Below, piece by piece: positions 1 to 11,800 of a stretch of 64,000 nt of DNA; the stretch's first letter is position 1, and every line of letters begins with the position of its first letter. The notes under the pieces were generated by a model that was not told where the DNA came from, ran no database searches, and saw only the letters and a program-made list of their open reading frames with translations. Source of the DNA: Eledone cirrhosa (lineage: Eukaryota); the NCBI GenBank assembly GCA_964016885.1, contig OZ024741.1:335730001-335794000 (forward strand), given 5' to 3'. The position numbers and the translations under genes were made by a program.

Positions 1-339
1 GTTCACTTACTAATATCACTAAATATTCAACCTCACAAACATTACAAAACATTTCCAGTTATCAACAGTTTAGAAATATAAATATAACAATAGTAGAGTG
101 TAGTAATAGGAAGGATTTGGGACCCTGGAAATAAATATAACAATATAACTATATAAATGAATGACTAAAAGTAAATTAAATATACTTAGTAATATGTCTG
201 TAGTTTTTAGCATTGGGATTGTTATAAAGTTTATATATATTACAATATTGTTTCATTAAAGACAAACAATATAGCAATATATACATATGTGGGGTTTTTC
301 TTTTTGTTTAAAACATATTCTATTATATTTTTAAGTAGC

Positions 340-740
340 AATACTATATTTTTAAAACAGTAACACTATATCTTTATAAGAGGAACACTATATATTTAGT
401 ATCAGAATACTAAGTTTTAAAATGGCAATACTATATATTTAAAATAGGAATACTGTATTTTAAAATAACAATAGTATATCTAAAAAATAGTAATACTCTT
501 TTTTTAAAAATAGGAATACTATAATTTTAAATAGGAATACTATATATTTAAATAACAATACTGTTTTATAAATAGGAATACTATATTTTTAAATAGCAAT
601 ACTATATTTTCAAAACAACAATACTATATTTTTAAATAGCAATACTATATTTTTGAAACAATACTATATTTTTAAAAGAGGAATACTATATTTTAAAAAA
701 TTAGGAATACTATGTTTTTAAAGTAAGAATGCTATATTAA
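340..740. repeat. AT-rich degenerate minisatellite, ~21-22 bp unit (AATACTATATTTTTAAAATAGG/C)
   Basis: Recurrent aatactatattt..aaatag(g/c) motif about every 21-22 nt. Confidence 0.8.
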
Positions 741-1579
741 ATGTTATTTGTCGATGTAACTAAATTGAAATTTTCTGTTTGTAATATTTCTTAATATTAA
801 CTTTTAACACGCATATTTCTCTGTTAAATAAAACAAACTTATCTACTTGGTATTTGTTAATGGTACTGAGGGTTTACTGTGGCAGAGATATTATTTCTTG
901 AAATGTAGAGACACATGCACAAATTTACACATACACCTACATACACACACAGCACATAGATGAAATATAACTGCCTACACACACACCAACTCATTGACAT
1001 ACACACACATGCTGTCAGATACAAACATACACTGACACACACACATAGATATACAATGCACCTACATACACACAACACATACATGAAATAAAAATGCCCC
1101 CCCCCCACACACACACACACCAACACACCCATACACCTACATATACACACACAGCACATATATACTTCTCAGTTAGAAAGTAATTTTCCCTTTGTTATTG
1201 ACTTATTCTTTAAATCTTATTTGTAAATCAAAGTTTACATGTAACTATTATATGTGTGTTTGCATGTATGTGTGTATATGCACACATCCACACACACACA
1301 AAAAAATATATATGTGCATACACATACATATACATATATATACATAATATATACATATATATGTGTATGTATATATTATGTATATGACATCTCCTCTGTG
1401 AAGTTCAGTATTTTGAGATCAGCTCTCACCACCTCTATCTAGGTTTTACTTGGTTGTCTTCTACTACAGATTCCTGTATGTATATATTATATTATGTGTG
1501 TATATAATATATATATTTATGTGTATATATATATATATATAATGTATATATGTATGTGTATATATATATGTGTATGTAT

Positions 1580-1890
1580 AATGTGTGTATATATAAATAT
1601 ATTTATATAACATAATATATAATATATATATATGTGTGCATACATATGTGTGTCTGTGTGTGTGTAATGTGTGTATATATAAATATATTTATATAACATA
1701 ATATATAATATATATATATGTGTGTATACATATGTGTGTCTGTGTGTGTGTAATGTGTGTATATATAAATATATTTATATAACATAATATATAATATATA
1801 TATATGTGTGTATACATATGTGTGTCTGTGTGTGTGTAATGTGTGTATAAATAAATATATTTATATAACATAATATATAATATATATATT
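1580..1890. repeat. 86-bp tandem repeat of TA/TG-rich sequence (~3.5 copies)
   Basis: Near-identical minus-strand ORFs offset by exactly 86 nt (1517/1603/1689). Confidence 0.85.
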
Positions 1891-2042
1891 CACACAGAAC
1901 TTTTCTCTTTATTTCAGTAAAATTAAATCTCAACAGACACAAACATTCTTAGTTGATAAATCTAGTTTGATGAATCAAAATGTTTTTCTTTCTTTTTTCC
2001 CCTTCTTTATTGTTTTGTTATGATAGTTTTCAGTTTTAAAAT

Positions 2043-2545
2043 TGCCTAGGTCTTCCTTGGTCTTCCTCTACTGCAGCTTCCCTTCACTTGCTGTGGGATT
2101 CCTTTGCCATCTCATCTGTGAGGTTCAGTGTTTTGAGATCAGCTCTTACCACTTCTGCCTAGGTCTTCCTTGGTCTTCCTCTACTGCAGCTTCCCTTCAC
2201 TTGCTGTGGGATTCCTTTGCCATCTCATCTGTGAGGTTCAGTGTTTTGAGATCAGCTCTTACCACTTCTGCCTAGGTCTTCCTTGGTCTGCCTCTACTGC
2301 AGCTTCCCTTCACTTGCTGTGGGATTCCTTTGCCATCTCCTCTGTGAGGTTCAGTGTTTTGAGATCAGCTCTCACTACTTCTGTCCAGCTCGTCCTTGGT
2401 CATCCTCTACTGCAGCTTCCCTCCACTTCTTGCATTGCTTTTCATTCCCTCTGTGAGGTTCAACGTTTTGAAATCAGCTCTCATGACCTCCGTCCAGGTC
2501 TTCCTTGGACTTATTCAGTCTTTCTCTACTACAGCTTCCTTCCAC
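2043..2545 (-). repeat. 113-bp tandem repeat (~4.5 copies) derived from the C-terminal coding end of an RTE LINE
   Basis: Units start at 2043, 2156, 2269, 2382. Minus-strand translation VKGSCSRGRPRKT*AEVVRADLKTLNLTDEM resembles IDGSHGIGRPRKTWDELINSDLTHLHLSKTM in the RTE ORF near 49.2 kb. A solo related fragment lies at ~1387-1475. Confidence 0.75.
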
Positions 2546-2924
2546 TGAGATCTCTTGGCACTTTAATTATTTATTTATTCCTATAAATTCCATCCTTGGC
2601 TCTAAAAACTTTATCACACAGATTTGGGACAATATTAAAGTGTATCTCTGCTAATATACATTGCCAGCATCTAAAATTCTTATATCATCTTATATTCATA
2701 TATTAAAAAGAAAATATGAAACCAAATCAATTTAAAGACATTATTTATTACATTTATTCAATTATTTTCACCCCCCCCCTGTTTTTTTTTTGCATTTCTA
2801 ATCTCGAAATTTGGATATTTCTAGAATATTTCTCTAAACAATTTGCACATATAATACAAAAGCCAGAACGACAACAACAATAAAAATGTCAACAACAAAT
2901 AAAATGTTCCTTAAATTTCTTAAT

Positions 2925-3360
2925 ACACCCCCTCCACTGTCTCCCCTCTTTCTAATTCGCCCTCACCCCCTCATTTTTCTCTCTCACTCCTCTTCTCTCA
3001 GTCTCTTCTCTCACTCTCTTCTCTCACCCTCTTCTCTCACCCTCTCTCTCTCACCCTCTCTCTTTCGTCCCTCTCTCTTTCACCCCTCTCTCTCACCTCT
3101 CTCTCACTCCATACTCACTCAGCCCTCTCTTTCTCTCTACTATCTCTCTTTTACCCCTTTCTCTCACCTCTCTCACCCCTCTCTCTCTTACTCCCTCTCT
3201 CACACTCCCCTCTACCTATCTGTCTCTCACAGTCTCTCCCCCTCTCTCTCTTACCCCTCTCTCTCTCACACTTCCCTCTACCTATCTATCTCTCACAGTC
3301 TCTCCCCCTCTCTCCCCTCTCTTTTTCACTCTCTTCCTCACCCCCCCCCCCCCCCCCCCA
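2925..3360. repeat. CT-rich low-complexity (polypyrimidine) tract ending in poly-C
   Basis: (CT)n/CTCAC repeats; poly-C at 3341-3359. Confidence 0.9.
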
Positions 3361-3769
3361 ATAATACAAGCAACTCACAATTTTCAATACTGTTTATTGT
3401 TTTCGAAATTGACAAACAGAAATAGAAAAGAACTAAAAAAAAAAAAATTCTCTGCTTTCACAAAACAAATTGGATATTTATTTTTTTGTATTTTTTCAAA
3501 TTTTCTTATAATAATTCATTGTTTATATTGTGAAAGTTCTCATGCTTCCAGTTATTATTAGAGAGTTTTTTTTTTATCTCTAACAAATGTTTTTGAAACC
3601 TTTTAGAACTACTCAAGTATTCTTTAGTTGATAAAATAATGTGATTGATTTTGTTTTTTTTAATTTTTGAAGAAAAATATTTTTTTTCCCCAGTATTGTA
3701 ATATTTTATTTTAAGCCTTTCCCAACATTCACTTTAAAATCTATTATTTTGTATGTTTATGTATATATG

Positions 3770-4455
3770 ATTAGGATATATATATATAATTTTCTCTCTG
3801 TGTGAATGTGTGTGTGTATAAATATTTAAATATATACAATACATACATACATATATGTTTATTTTTGTATATATATATATATTTGTATATGTATATATAT
3901 ATATATTGTATATATATATACATATACAAATTTACATATATATATATATATATATACAAATTTATATATATCTATATATATATATACATATACAAATATA
4001 TATATATATAAATTTGTATATATATATATATGTAAATTTGTATATGTATATATATAAAAATTTGTATATGTATATTTGTTATATTCGAACACATTTATTT
4101 ATCACAATTTTCTACCATCCCCTTCTAACATGCATTTTCCTGACATCTAATAACCATCATGATATGTGACACAGAAAGGATGTAAGGATATGTGTATACA
4201 TTTATATATATATGTATGACTATATCTGTGTGCATGTGTGTGAATACTATTAGACAATAAAATATATATTTGAGATATACAAATATATATTCATATATGC
4301 ATGTGTATTTGAGATATACAAATATATATTCACATGCAGACAGTTGTGTGTGTGTGTGCATATATATGTGTATTTTATGTGTGTATAAATATATATATAC
4401 ATACATACACACATTATATACACATCCATTTGCTCATACACACATACATGCATAT
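3770..4455. repeat. TA/CA microsatellite-rich low-complexity region
   Basis: Direct inspection; all ORFs here are YI/HT/CV dipeptide artefacts. Confidence 0.9.
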
Positions 4456-4835
4456 AAGCAAATTGGCCAATTACTGATTAATCGACCTTGTCTTATCGGC
4501 TAAAACCAATTCATTAGGCACCAATTATCAATAGTGTCATTATAGATTGTGATATCAAACAAAATGCATATTATAAATGTATTATATTATAATATTTCAT
4601 TATTAACAATTATAGAACTACTATTTGAGATCCCTGTGTGATAATAGTTGGCTGATATTAGTCTAAGATGTTTGAGTTAAATAAAACTACTGTTTAAGAT
4701 ATTATGGTGATAACACTTGGCTGATATCAGTGTTGGATGTATCATATAGAAGAAGCTTGCAAAGAATCGGCTCTGCACTGAAAATGGAAAAATTTTGATG
4801 TTTTCACATTACAGTTTAAGTGTGTGAATGCATTC

Positions 4836-4896
<61 letters not shown>

Positions 4897-5050
4897 GGTG
4901 GCAAATTGGTAGAATTGTTAGAGCATCAGATAGAATGCTTTGCAGTATTCATTTCAGCTTTCTGCTCTCTGTGTTCAAATTCTGCCAAGGTCAACTTTGC
5001 CTTTCATCCATAGGAGGTCGAGAAAAATATACCAATAAAGTACTGGTGTT
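4897..5050 (+). mobile_element. Diverged tRNA-derived SINE (family A, Meta-domain-like)
   Basis: B-box-like gttcaaattc followed by gccaaggtcaactttgcctttcatcc; similar to copies at 26139, 32243, 57180. Confidence 0.7.
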
Positions 5051-5508
5051 GATTCTCACTTCCTTTCTGTCACTCTCTTTATCTCTGGAAGAAATCTGTT
5101 GTATTCAGGCCTGGAGAGGATATAGGTCCTGCTAGGTTTTAAAATGCCCTGGAAACGCTGTATGTCAATCCTATGACTCCCTTAGGAGTTATGGGACCAT
5201 GCATATATTATAGTTTGAGATTTTAAATCTAATGATTAAATTTTATTTTTTAAGTTAATCTTTATTAATGGTAAATATCTGAATACCTTTAAATACACAT
5301 GTAATTTGAGTCTTTATAATTTTTTAAAATAAATATCTGGCAGGAGTTGCAACATGCAGATAGCATCAGCGATGGAAAGACCAATGGAAACATTGTTTCT
5401 TTGGTCCAAATTGATGAGTTCCACCTCATTTGGTAAGCAAATGATGTCTGAGATTTTGTTTAGGGATTTGATTGATCAATTGAAAATACCTTTTACAAGA
5501 TCAATTAA

Positions 5509-5712
5509 CCCTTTAACATTTAAACCAGCTGTATTCAGTCAGAGTTCTCTTACTTCTTTCAGTTCAAACTGGCTGTAACTGATTGCTCATACTTATGTTA
5601 AGGTATTCTCAAAATAAATAATGTCAAAATCTCATAGTTCAATATTATGTGAGATAAAAGTTTTACTGTGAAAATATAATAGTATGTATAGAATAATGTA
5701 AATGCTAAAAGG
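5509..5712. mobile_element. piggyBac-like MITE
   Basis: TTAA|CCCTTTAACATT ... AATGCTAAAAGG|TTAA terminal inverted repeats with TTAA TSD; related copy at 33008-33227 and partial copy at ~7590-7720. Confidence 0.7.
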
Positions 5713-6181
5713 TTAAATCCATATACTGTCATGTGAGTAGAAGAGTCTCTCCTCCCCTTTCCCCCTCTCTCTTTTACTGTAGTACCTTTTAACTTACATC
5801 ACCTGGGCAGTACCAAATAGTTTTCAATTGAGTAAATCGGTATGTCTGAGCACTAGGAACAAGAGAGTAGTATTACACTATTGGACTTAGAATGTGTGTC
5901 TTAGGAAAAAAAAGGTTTCTTAGATTTTTCTATAAGTTGAATCCAATGTGTTTTCCAAATCTCTCTCTCACCCATGGTTTTTCTGTTCCAGCCTGTGCCT
6001 ATCAATAATGATAATAATAAAAATAAACAATAATGGTCAATTATCAAAACCAATTTATAGTCAAAATGGCCGACCTGATACTCATTATCTGTTGATGAAT
6101 CAGTGCCAACCTTGTGCGCGTGTGTGTGTATATTTATGCACACACACACACATACACATATATATATGTCTCTCTCTTTCA

Positions 6182-6245
<64 letters not shown>

Positions 6246-6599
6246 TGATGATATATTACATGTATACATGTAAGTTTTCATGTTGACATTGCTTAAAGTA
6301 TTACTTTATCAGGTAAATAATTAATAAACAGCAGGTAATGCTAGGTGTCAAGACAGATCTCTGGAGCAGGCCTGTGTTGATTTCATGTAACTCAACACTA
6401 ACTGTTTAAAATATATTTTCCTGTTAGGAATAATATAATTGTGGATGTGACTCTGATATAGTTATAGTTGGTCAGTTTATGAAAACAACAGTCTTCTATG
6501 TCATATATAATGATGATGGTGATGATGTATAACAGAAGAATGATTTTTTTCTTTGAGATGTCTAAGTCAATATCACAAGCATTACAACTCTTATCCCAC

Positions 6600-7000
6600 C
6601 ATCATCATCACGGCTTGGTTTTATACACAAAGATAAAGAAGTGAGTGTTCCTCATTGACTGCAGGCTTGCTTGTGGCAGTCAAAGGCAATGCGAGAAAGG
6701 CAGGCATGGCTGCAGTAGCTGCAGTGGTTGCAGCTGAAGGTCTGGTCAGGGTTTGATTACATGGTGTTGTGGTTCTTCCTCCTGTGCTTTTTTCTTAGAT
6801 GGTGACCCTGTGGGTGTTTTCAAAGGAGAGACAGCATGGTTGATGGTGAGATGTCAGGAGCTATGGTCCTCAGCTAGGATAGACCACTGGCGACAGCACC
6901 AAGGAATTTTTTTGAACAGTCCTTGTATTGCTTCTTTGGTGCCCCTGTGTTGCAATGGCCACTGCATAATTGCATAAATGACGAATGTGAGTCAACTCGA
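6600..7000 (-). mobile_element. Degraded LINE (RTE-like) C-terminal fragment with zinc-finger remnant
   Basis: Minus-strand translation LAEDHSS*HLTINHAV...QTFSCNHC...CLSRIAFDCHKQACS resembles the C-terminal CxxC..SRIGL.SH.R.C motif of RTE-clade ORFs. Confidence 0.5.
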
Positions 7001-7115
7001 GGTTTTAAATATGGTGCACTCTGTAAAATGGCTGGTGATAGGGAGAGCATTTAGTTTCTAAAAAACCATGTAAAAATTGAAGTATATGAGTATGACAGGA
7101 TCTCCTGACTAATCT

Positions 7116-7459
7116 ATCATCATCATCATCATTTCATTTTACGTCCGCTTTTCCCTGCTTGCAAGGGTGGGGCGGGAATTGATTCTGGCTTGATTTCTAC
7201 AGCTTGATACCCTTCCTAACACCAACCTCATTTACAGTGAGTGCTGGGTGCGTTTTTGCCATGTCACCTCCACGACCACTTTGCAGTGGAATGATATGGA
7301 CCCCAGTCCCTATCATCTCATTTCTACAGCTGAGTAAACTGGAGCAATGTGAAATAAAGTGTCTTGCTCAAGGAAACAACACATCACCCGGTCTGATAAT
7401 TGAACTCACAACCTTTTGATTGCAAGGCCAATGCCCTAACCACTAAGCCATGTGCCTCC
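7116..7459 (-). mobile_element. CORE-like tRNA-derived SINE (family B) with RTE-derived 3' tail
   Basis: A box TGGCTTAGTGG, B box GAGTTCAAT, CORE-like ccttgagcaagacactt...cagtttactcagctgtagaaatgag, tail similar to LINE 3' end 49548-49715, (GAT)n end; near-identical copy at 53081-53431. Confidence 0.85.
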
Positions 7460-8279
7460 ATATGAGGGCAATAATTCTGACTGTATTGTATGTAACAACC
7501 TGTCCAGAAATAGAAATGAAATTCATAGCTCATACCCATGTACGTTCAACTGGCATTGAAGTTGTTTTTATGTCAACTTCTCCATGTTTTAACCATTTAG
7601 CTTTTAAACTGGCTGTATCCGGCCAGAATTCTCTCACCTCTCTCTGTTCAAACCGTCCGTAACTGGCTGCTGATACTTAAGGTATTGTTCTCAAAATGAA
7701 TAATATCTCATTGAAGATTTTAATGATAGAGGTCGCAGTCATATCATGAAAAACAACATGAAATGAAGCATCTTGCTCCAAAACAATCTTATGACCATGA
7801 GTCCAACATTATGACCACTAGGCCATGTACCTTCACCAACCAATGCCAGCATGGATGTATGATGATGATAATGATGAATTGATCGAATCGATTGACAAGA
7901 CTCCAGACCTCCTTCACTTACTGAGTGGGGTGGAACTTGTCAGAGTGGACCAAGGAAACAATGTTTCCACTGGTATTTCCATTGCTGATGCTATCTACTG
8001 GTTAAGACTCCTAACAGAAAGAGCAATGGACATAACACATTGCCCGGTCTGAGAGTCTGCCTGTTACATCTCCTGGATTAGAGACATTTAATTTTGGTAA
8101 GATTTTTCTGATGAATGAAGATGATTTATAAGTTTATAAACCTCACTGGTTGATGATACAAAGTGAGAAGTAATGCAGTTAAAGCAAGTGGGAAAGTCTG
8201 GCAAAGAATGGTTAGTGCTATCCATCTTGTGTTTTGTTTGCTTCTTAGTATGATAAGATTACTGCAGTTCCATTAGAGA

Positions 8280-8480
8280 GATTGTAGTAAAAAACGATTG
8301 TTGTGATAGAGGAGTGTTGTGATAGGGATTGTAGTAATAGAGGTTTGAAGTAATAGGGGATTGTTTTAATAGGGGATTGTAGTAACAGGGAATTGTTGTA
8401 ATAGGGATTGTTGTAATAGGAGGTAAAAGTAGTAGTATAAGGTTGGAGCGGAATGAGGTTGTATTAGTGGAAGGTTGGAG
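8280..8480. repeat. Degenerate ~19-20 bp minisatellite (GGGATTGTAGTAATA)
   Basis: Repeated gattgt(a/t)gtaataggg. Confidence 0.65.
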
Positions 8481-8893
8481 TAGGAGGCTGCAAAACTGTC
8501 ATTTTATTGAAATGTGATGATTTCAAACAAATGAAAGTTCAAGTCATGTAGAAGTTATTTCTATAAGAAATATATATGTACCTTCTCTACTAATGTATTG
8601 AGTACTTTATTTAACTGTGGTTCCCTTCCAGCTCCCTTCGGAAAACCATTCTTATGCTAGCATGGAAGATTAAATGTAAAACAGTGATGATGATGATGAT
8701 GATGATGATGATATATAATTTGTAAAATATTATTTCACCTTCAAACATGGGATATACATACATAATTATAATCCCCACCCCCACCCCCCATTTAGTGTCA
8801 ATAAGCCTTGTGGTTAGAATCACTTTGCTCTTGCTGCAGGATGGATATGAATACATGGTCAACTAGTTTTGACTGCTTTATTCCCATCTCAAT

Positions 8894-11800
8894 CACGGTC
8901 TCTATTGTGGTCACCCCACTGTCTCTACTTGCAGTCACCCCACGGTCTCTACTTGCAGTCATCCCACTGTCTCTACTTGCAGTCACCCCACTGTCTCTAC
9001 TTGCAGTCACCTCACTGTCTCTACTTGCAGTCATCCCACTGTCTCTACTTGCAGTCACCCCACTGTCCCTACTTGCAGTCATCCCACTGTCTCTACTTGC
9101 AGTCATCCCACTGTCTCTACTTGCAGTCACCCCACTATCCCTACTTGCAGTCATCCCACTGTCTCTACTTGCAATCATCCCACTGTCTCTACTTGCAGTC
9201 ATCCCACTGTCTCTACTTGCAGTCATCCCACTGTCTCTACATGTAGTCACCCCACTGTCTCTACTTGCAGTCACCCCCACTGTCTCTACTTGCAGTCATC
9301 CCACTGTCTCTACTAGCAGTCATCCCACTGTCTCTATTTGTGGTCACCCCACTGTTCCTACTTGCAGTCACCCCACTGTCTCTACTTTCAGTCATCCCAC
9401 TGTCTCTACTTGCAGTCATCTCACTGTCTCTATTTGTGGTCATCCCACTGTCTCTACTTGCAGTCATCCCACTGTCTCTACTTGTGGTCACCCCACTGTC
9501 TCTACTTGCAGTCATCCCACTGTCTCTACTTGTGGTCACCCCACTGTCTCTACTTGCAGTCATCCCACTGTCTCTACTTGCAGTCATCCCACTGTCACTA
9601 CTTGCAGTCATACCACTGTCTCTACTTGCAGTCATCCCACTGTCTCTACTTGGCATCATCCAACTGTCTCTACTTGCAGTCATCCCACTGTCTCTACTTG
9701 TGGTCACCCCACTGTCTCTACTTGCAGTCATCCCACTGTCTCTACTTGCAGTCATCCCACTGTCTCTACTTGTGGCAACCCACTGTCTCTACTTGCAGTC
9801 ACCCCACTGTCTCTACTTGCAGTCATCCCACTGTCTCTACTTGCAGTCACCCCACTGTCTCTACTTGCAGTCATCCTACTGTCTCTACTTGCAGTCATCC
9901 CACTGTCTCTACTTGTGGTGACCCCACTGTCTCTACTTGCAGTCACCCCACTGTCTCTACGTGCAGTCATCCCACTGTCTCTACTTGCATTCAGCTCACT
10001 GTCTCTACTTGCAGTCACCCGACTGTCTCTACTTGCAGTCATCCCACTGTCTCTACTTGTGGTCACCCCACTGTCTCTACTTGCAGTCACCCCACTGTCT
10101 CTACTTGCAGTCACCCCACTGTCTCTACTTACAGTCACTCCACTGTCTCTACTTGCAGTCACCCTACTGTCTCTACTTGCAGTCACCCTACTGTCTCTAC
10201 TTGCAGTCATCCGACTGTCTCTACTTGCAGTCATCCCACTGTCTCTACTTGCAGTCATCCCACTGTCTCTATTTGTGGTCATCCCACTGTCTCTACTTGC
10301 AGTCACCCCACTGTCTCTACTTGCAGTCATCCCACTGTCTCTACTTGCAGTCATCCCACTGTCTCTACTTGCAGTCATCCCACTGTCTCTACTTGCAGTC
10401 ATCCCACTGTCTCTACTTGCAGTCATCCCACTGTCTCTACTTTCAGTCATCCCACTGTCTCTACTTGCAGTCATCCTACTGTCTCTACATGCAGTCACCC
10501 CACTGTCTCTACTTGCAGTCACCCCCACTGTCTCTACTTGCAGTCATCCCACTGTCTCTACTAGCAGTCATCCCACTGTCTCTATTTGTGGTCACCCCAC
10601 TGTTCCTACTTGCAGTCACCCCACTGTCTCTACTTTCAGTCATCCCACTGTCTCTACTTGCAGTCATCTCACTGTCTCTATTTGTGGTCATCCCACTGTC
10701 TCTACTTGCAGTCATCCCACTGTCTCTACTTGTGGTCACCCCACTGTCTCTACTTGCAGTCATCCCACTGTCTCTACTTGTGGTCACCCCACTGTCTCTA
10801 CTTGCAGTCATCCCACTGTCTCTACTTGCAGTCATACCACTGTCTCTACTTGCGGTCATCCCACTGTCTCTACTTGTCATCATCCCACTGTCTCTACCTG
10901 CAGTCATCCCACTGTCTCTACTTGTGGCAACCCACTGTCTCTACTTGCAGTCACCCCACTGTCTCTACTTGCAGTCATCCCACTGTCTCTACTTGCAGTC
11001 ACCCCACTGTCTCTACTTGCAGTCATCCTACTGTCTCTACTTGTAGTCATCCCACTGTCTCTACTTGTGGTGACCCCACTGTCTCTACTTGCAGTCACCC
11101 CACTGTCTCTACGTGCAGTCATCCCACTGTCTCTACTTGCATTCAGCTCACTGTCTCTACTTGCAGTCACCCGACTGTCTCTACTTGCAGTCATCCCACT
11201 GTCTCTACTTGTGGTCACCCCACTGTCTCTACTTGCAGTCACCCCACTGTCTCTACTTGCAGTCACCCCACTGTCTCTACTTACAGTCACTCCACTGTCT
11301 CTACTTGCAGTCACCTTACTGTCTCTACTTGCAGTCACCCTACTGTCTCTACTTGCAGTCATCCGACTGTCTCTACTTGCAGTCATCCCACTGTCTCTAC
11401 TTGCAGTCATCCCACTGTCTCTATTTGTGGTCATCCCACTGTCTCTACTTGCAGTCACCCCACTGTCTCTACTTGCAGTCATCCCACTGTCTCTACTTGC
11501 AGTCATCCCACTGTCTCTACTTGCAGTCATCCCACTGTCTCTATTTGCAGTCATCCCACTGTCTCTACTTGCAGTCATACCACTGTCTCCTCTTGCAGTC
11601 ATCCCACTGTCTCTATTTGTGGTCATCCCACTGTCTCTACTTGCAGTCATGCCACTGTCTCTACTTGCAGTCATCCCACTGACTCTATTTGTGGTCATCC
11701 CACTGTCTCTACTTGTCATCATCCCACTGTCTCTACTTGCAGTCATCCTACTGTCTCCACTTGTGGTCACCCAACTGTCTCTACTTGCAGTCATCCCACT

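Noticed and set aside
857-6286. Many short ORFs rich in YI/CV/HT/SL (also 20.6-21.8, 36.1, 41-43.7, 49.7-53.2, 58.8-59.8 kb)
   Set aside because: Translations of dinucleotide microsatellites
7385-7459. tRNA genes (also 53357-53431, 62155-62225)
   Set aside because: A/B boxes present but no acceptor-stem pairing; they continue into SINE bodies
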